A stretch of DNA of 32,151 nt. Origin: a virus. Both the position numbers and the translations under genes were made by a program. Below the pieces are notes generated by a model, which was not told where the DNA came from, did no database searches, and worked only from the letters and a program-made list of their open reading frames with translations. Where the stretch lies: the IMG/VR virus record IMGVR_UViG_3300029387_000010, one strand, 5' to 3'. This document shows positions 30,885 to 32,151 of the stretch, one piece after another. Position 1 is the stretch's first letter. Every line of letters begins with the position of its first letter.

Positions 30885-31337
30885 ATGATGGAAAAGATTT
30901 TGTTTTTATTATCAAGTAACTCATTCATTCGGATTCTGCTGATTGCGGTGACATTGGACACGCTTCTGGGTGTTCTCCGGGCAATCAAGGAGCATAAATT
31001 CAATAGCTGCGTCGGCATCGATGGAGCAATTCGTAAGGCAGCTATGCTCTTCTCGGTATGCCTTTTAATGGCTACGGATGTGATCATGCATATTAATATA
31101 GTGGGCATGATTCCGGAGCAGTACATACAGGTCATTGGCATCCAGAAGCTTGGGATCTGTGAATTCTTCTGCCTGTTATTCATTTTATACGAAGCAGTCA
31201 GCATATTAAAGAACATGACGCTGTGCGGTCTCCCGGTGCCGAAAAAGATTAAGAGATGGGTACAGAAGTTTTTGGAGGACATGACAGAAGAACTTCCGGA
31301 AGACGCAGTGGAAGAATTAAAATCAGGGAGCGAGTAA
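30885..31337 (+). CDS. Holin (Phage_holin_4_1/TcdE-like)
   Basis: Multiple TM segments, the LDTLLGVLRAIKEHKFNS motif and YEAVSILKNMTLCGLPVP (compare NE..SI.EN....G.P), and an acidic C-terminal tail. It is directly upstream of the endolysin. Confidence 0.8.
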   Translation: MMEKILFLLSSNSFIRILLIAVTLDTLLGVLRAIKEHKFNSCVGIDGAIRKAAMLFSVCLLMATDVIMHINIVGMIPEQYIQVIGIQKLGICEFFCLLFILYEAVSILKNMTLCGLPVPKKIKRWVQKFLEDMTEELPEDAVEELKSGSE

Positions 31338-31409
31338 TCGCTTGCTTATAATGAAAATGATTGAGCATGGAGAGATCCGGGCTCTTTTTGCATGGAAAGG
31401 AGAAAAAAT

Positions 31410-32151
31410 ATGAGTCTAATATCAAACAGTGGTCATGATGAGAATGGCGGTTATCGCGGGGGAAAAGCTGGGGATCAGACCGGCACAGAATGGTATCTGA
31501 GATCCTGGTATGACAGACCGTGGAATTGTGTGATCAGACATCCAAATTCGAAGGTCAGAGAACTGATTGCAGAACTTGCCGTGAAAGCGGCGAAGAATGA
31601 CAAAATCGGGTATGACCAAGATGAAAGAGTTACATATTGGTCACAACTTCAGAAGGTTGGATATGATCCATCTAAGATAACCGTACCATGTGAGGAAGAC
31701 TGCTCAGCTGGAGTGATGGCGAATGTCAAGGCAGTAGGATATCTCTTAGGTATTGAAGCGCTGAAGAATGTACCAATCACAAGCACCTGGTACATGAGAG
31801 ATACTCTGAAGAATGCTGGATTTGAAATTCTAACAGCATCAAAGTATCTAAAGAGCCCAGACTATCTGAAACGTGGTGACATTCTATTGAATGATGCGAA
31901 GCACACAGCAACTAACGTAGGAGATGGAAAGTACGCAGGAGAATCAACTGGCACATCAAGCGGAACAGGAGGGAAAATAACCGTGAATGCAAGTATGCCT
32001 ATATTAAAGAAAGGAATGACTGGATCAGCGGTGCGAGTATGGCAGCAGATCCTGTGCGCCGCCGGATATAACACCGCAGTAGATAGTTCATTTGGAGATG
32101 ATACAGAAGAAAAGACAGAAAAATTAGAAAAAGCAAAAGGAATCACGAAAT
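31410..32151 (+). CDS. Endolysin, N-terminal cysteine-peptidase-like (NlpC/P60/CHAP-type) domain plus the start of the PG-binding domain; the ORF runs off the window end and finishes at 175
   Basis: ATG 31410 lies 7 nt after AAGGAG. There is no stop to 32151. Candidate catalytic Cys in EEDCSAGV and His in GDILLNDAKHTATNVG. The full length across the junction is 270 aa. It is absent from the ORF track because it is open-ended. Confidence 0.88.
   Translation, partial: MSLISNSGHDENGGYRGGKAGDQTGTEWYLRSWYDRPWNCVIRHPNSKVRELIAELAVKAAKNDKIGYDQDERVTYWSQLQKVGYDPSKITVPCEEDCSAGVMANVKAVGYLLGIEALKNVPITSTWYMRDTLKNAGFEILTASKYLKSPDYLKRGDILLNDAKHTATNVGDGKYAGESTGTSSGTGGKITVNASMPILKKGMTGSAVRVWQQILCAAGYNTAVDSSFGDDTEEKTEKLEKAKGITK

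Noticed and set aside
31422-32146. Minus-strand ORFs 31422..31619 and 31862..32146
   Set aside because: They are antisense to the endolysin ORF, which is open to the window end and continues in frame at position 1.
1-32151. tRNA, rRNA, tmRNA, CRISPR arrays, transposase/IS elements, reverse transcriptase (DGR or retron)
   Set aside because: I saw no cloverleaf-like conserved tRNA boxes, repeat-spacer arrays, IS-type terminal inverted repeats with a transposase, or RT motifs on either strand. A dedicated tRNA or covariance-model scan is still needed to be certain.

Overview
The window is a complete, circularly closed genome of a tailed, siphovirus-type phage. Bases 1-104 are identical to 32048-32151, so the unique length is 32047 bp. 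Gene content suggests a low-GC Gram-positive (Clostridia-like) host, but that is inference from protein families only. Almost everything is on the + strand. Gene order: endolysin C-terminus (wraps across the junction); CI/XRE-like repressor (-) with back-to-back promoters; small early genes including an Xis-like HTH; a HUH rolling-circle Rep preceded by a large inverted repeat; an RNase HI homologue lacking all four catalytic carboxylates; HTH/Cys-cluster proteins; a PAPS-reductase-like plus ParB-like (IbrA/IbrB-like) pair; more early genes; a sigma-r4-like late regulator; a structured ~300-nt leader ending in a terminator. Then come HNH, TerS, TerL, portal, MuF/gp7-like protein with a C-terminal extension, scaffold, major capsid, connectors, tail tube, G/GT chaperone with an A_AAA_AAC slippery site, tape measure, Dit, Gp37-like protein, tail fibre, a second BppU-like fibre, holin and endolysin. 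The main finding is a shufflon-like multiple-inversion module at 25207-28008. Four copies of a 13-16 bp site (AATTAAATGGCAA[GAT]) sit at the codons E-LNGK of the fibre gene and at the heads of three start-less cassettes. All cassettes are in frame with LNG, arranged as two tail-to-tail pairs around a tyrosine recombinase gene. Other points worth a second look: an (ACAGC)x7 repeat that could act as a translational phase switch for a gene in the fibre module, a possible MuF-toxin/immunity pair, the dead RNase H, and a lambda-Q-like late-leader architecture. No tRNA, rRNA or CRISPR array was seen.
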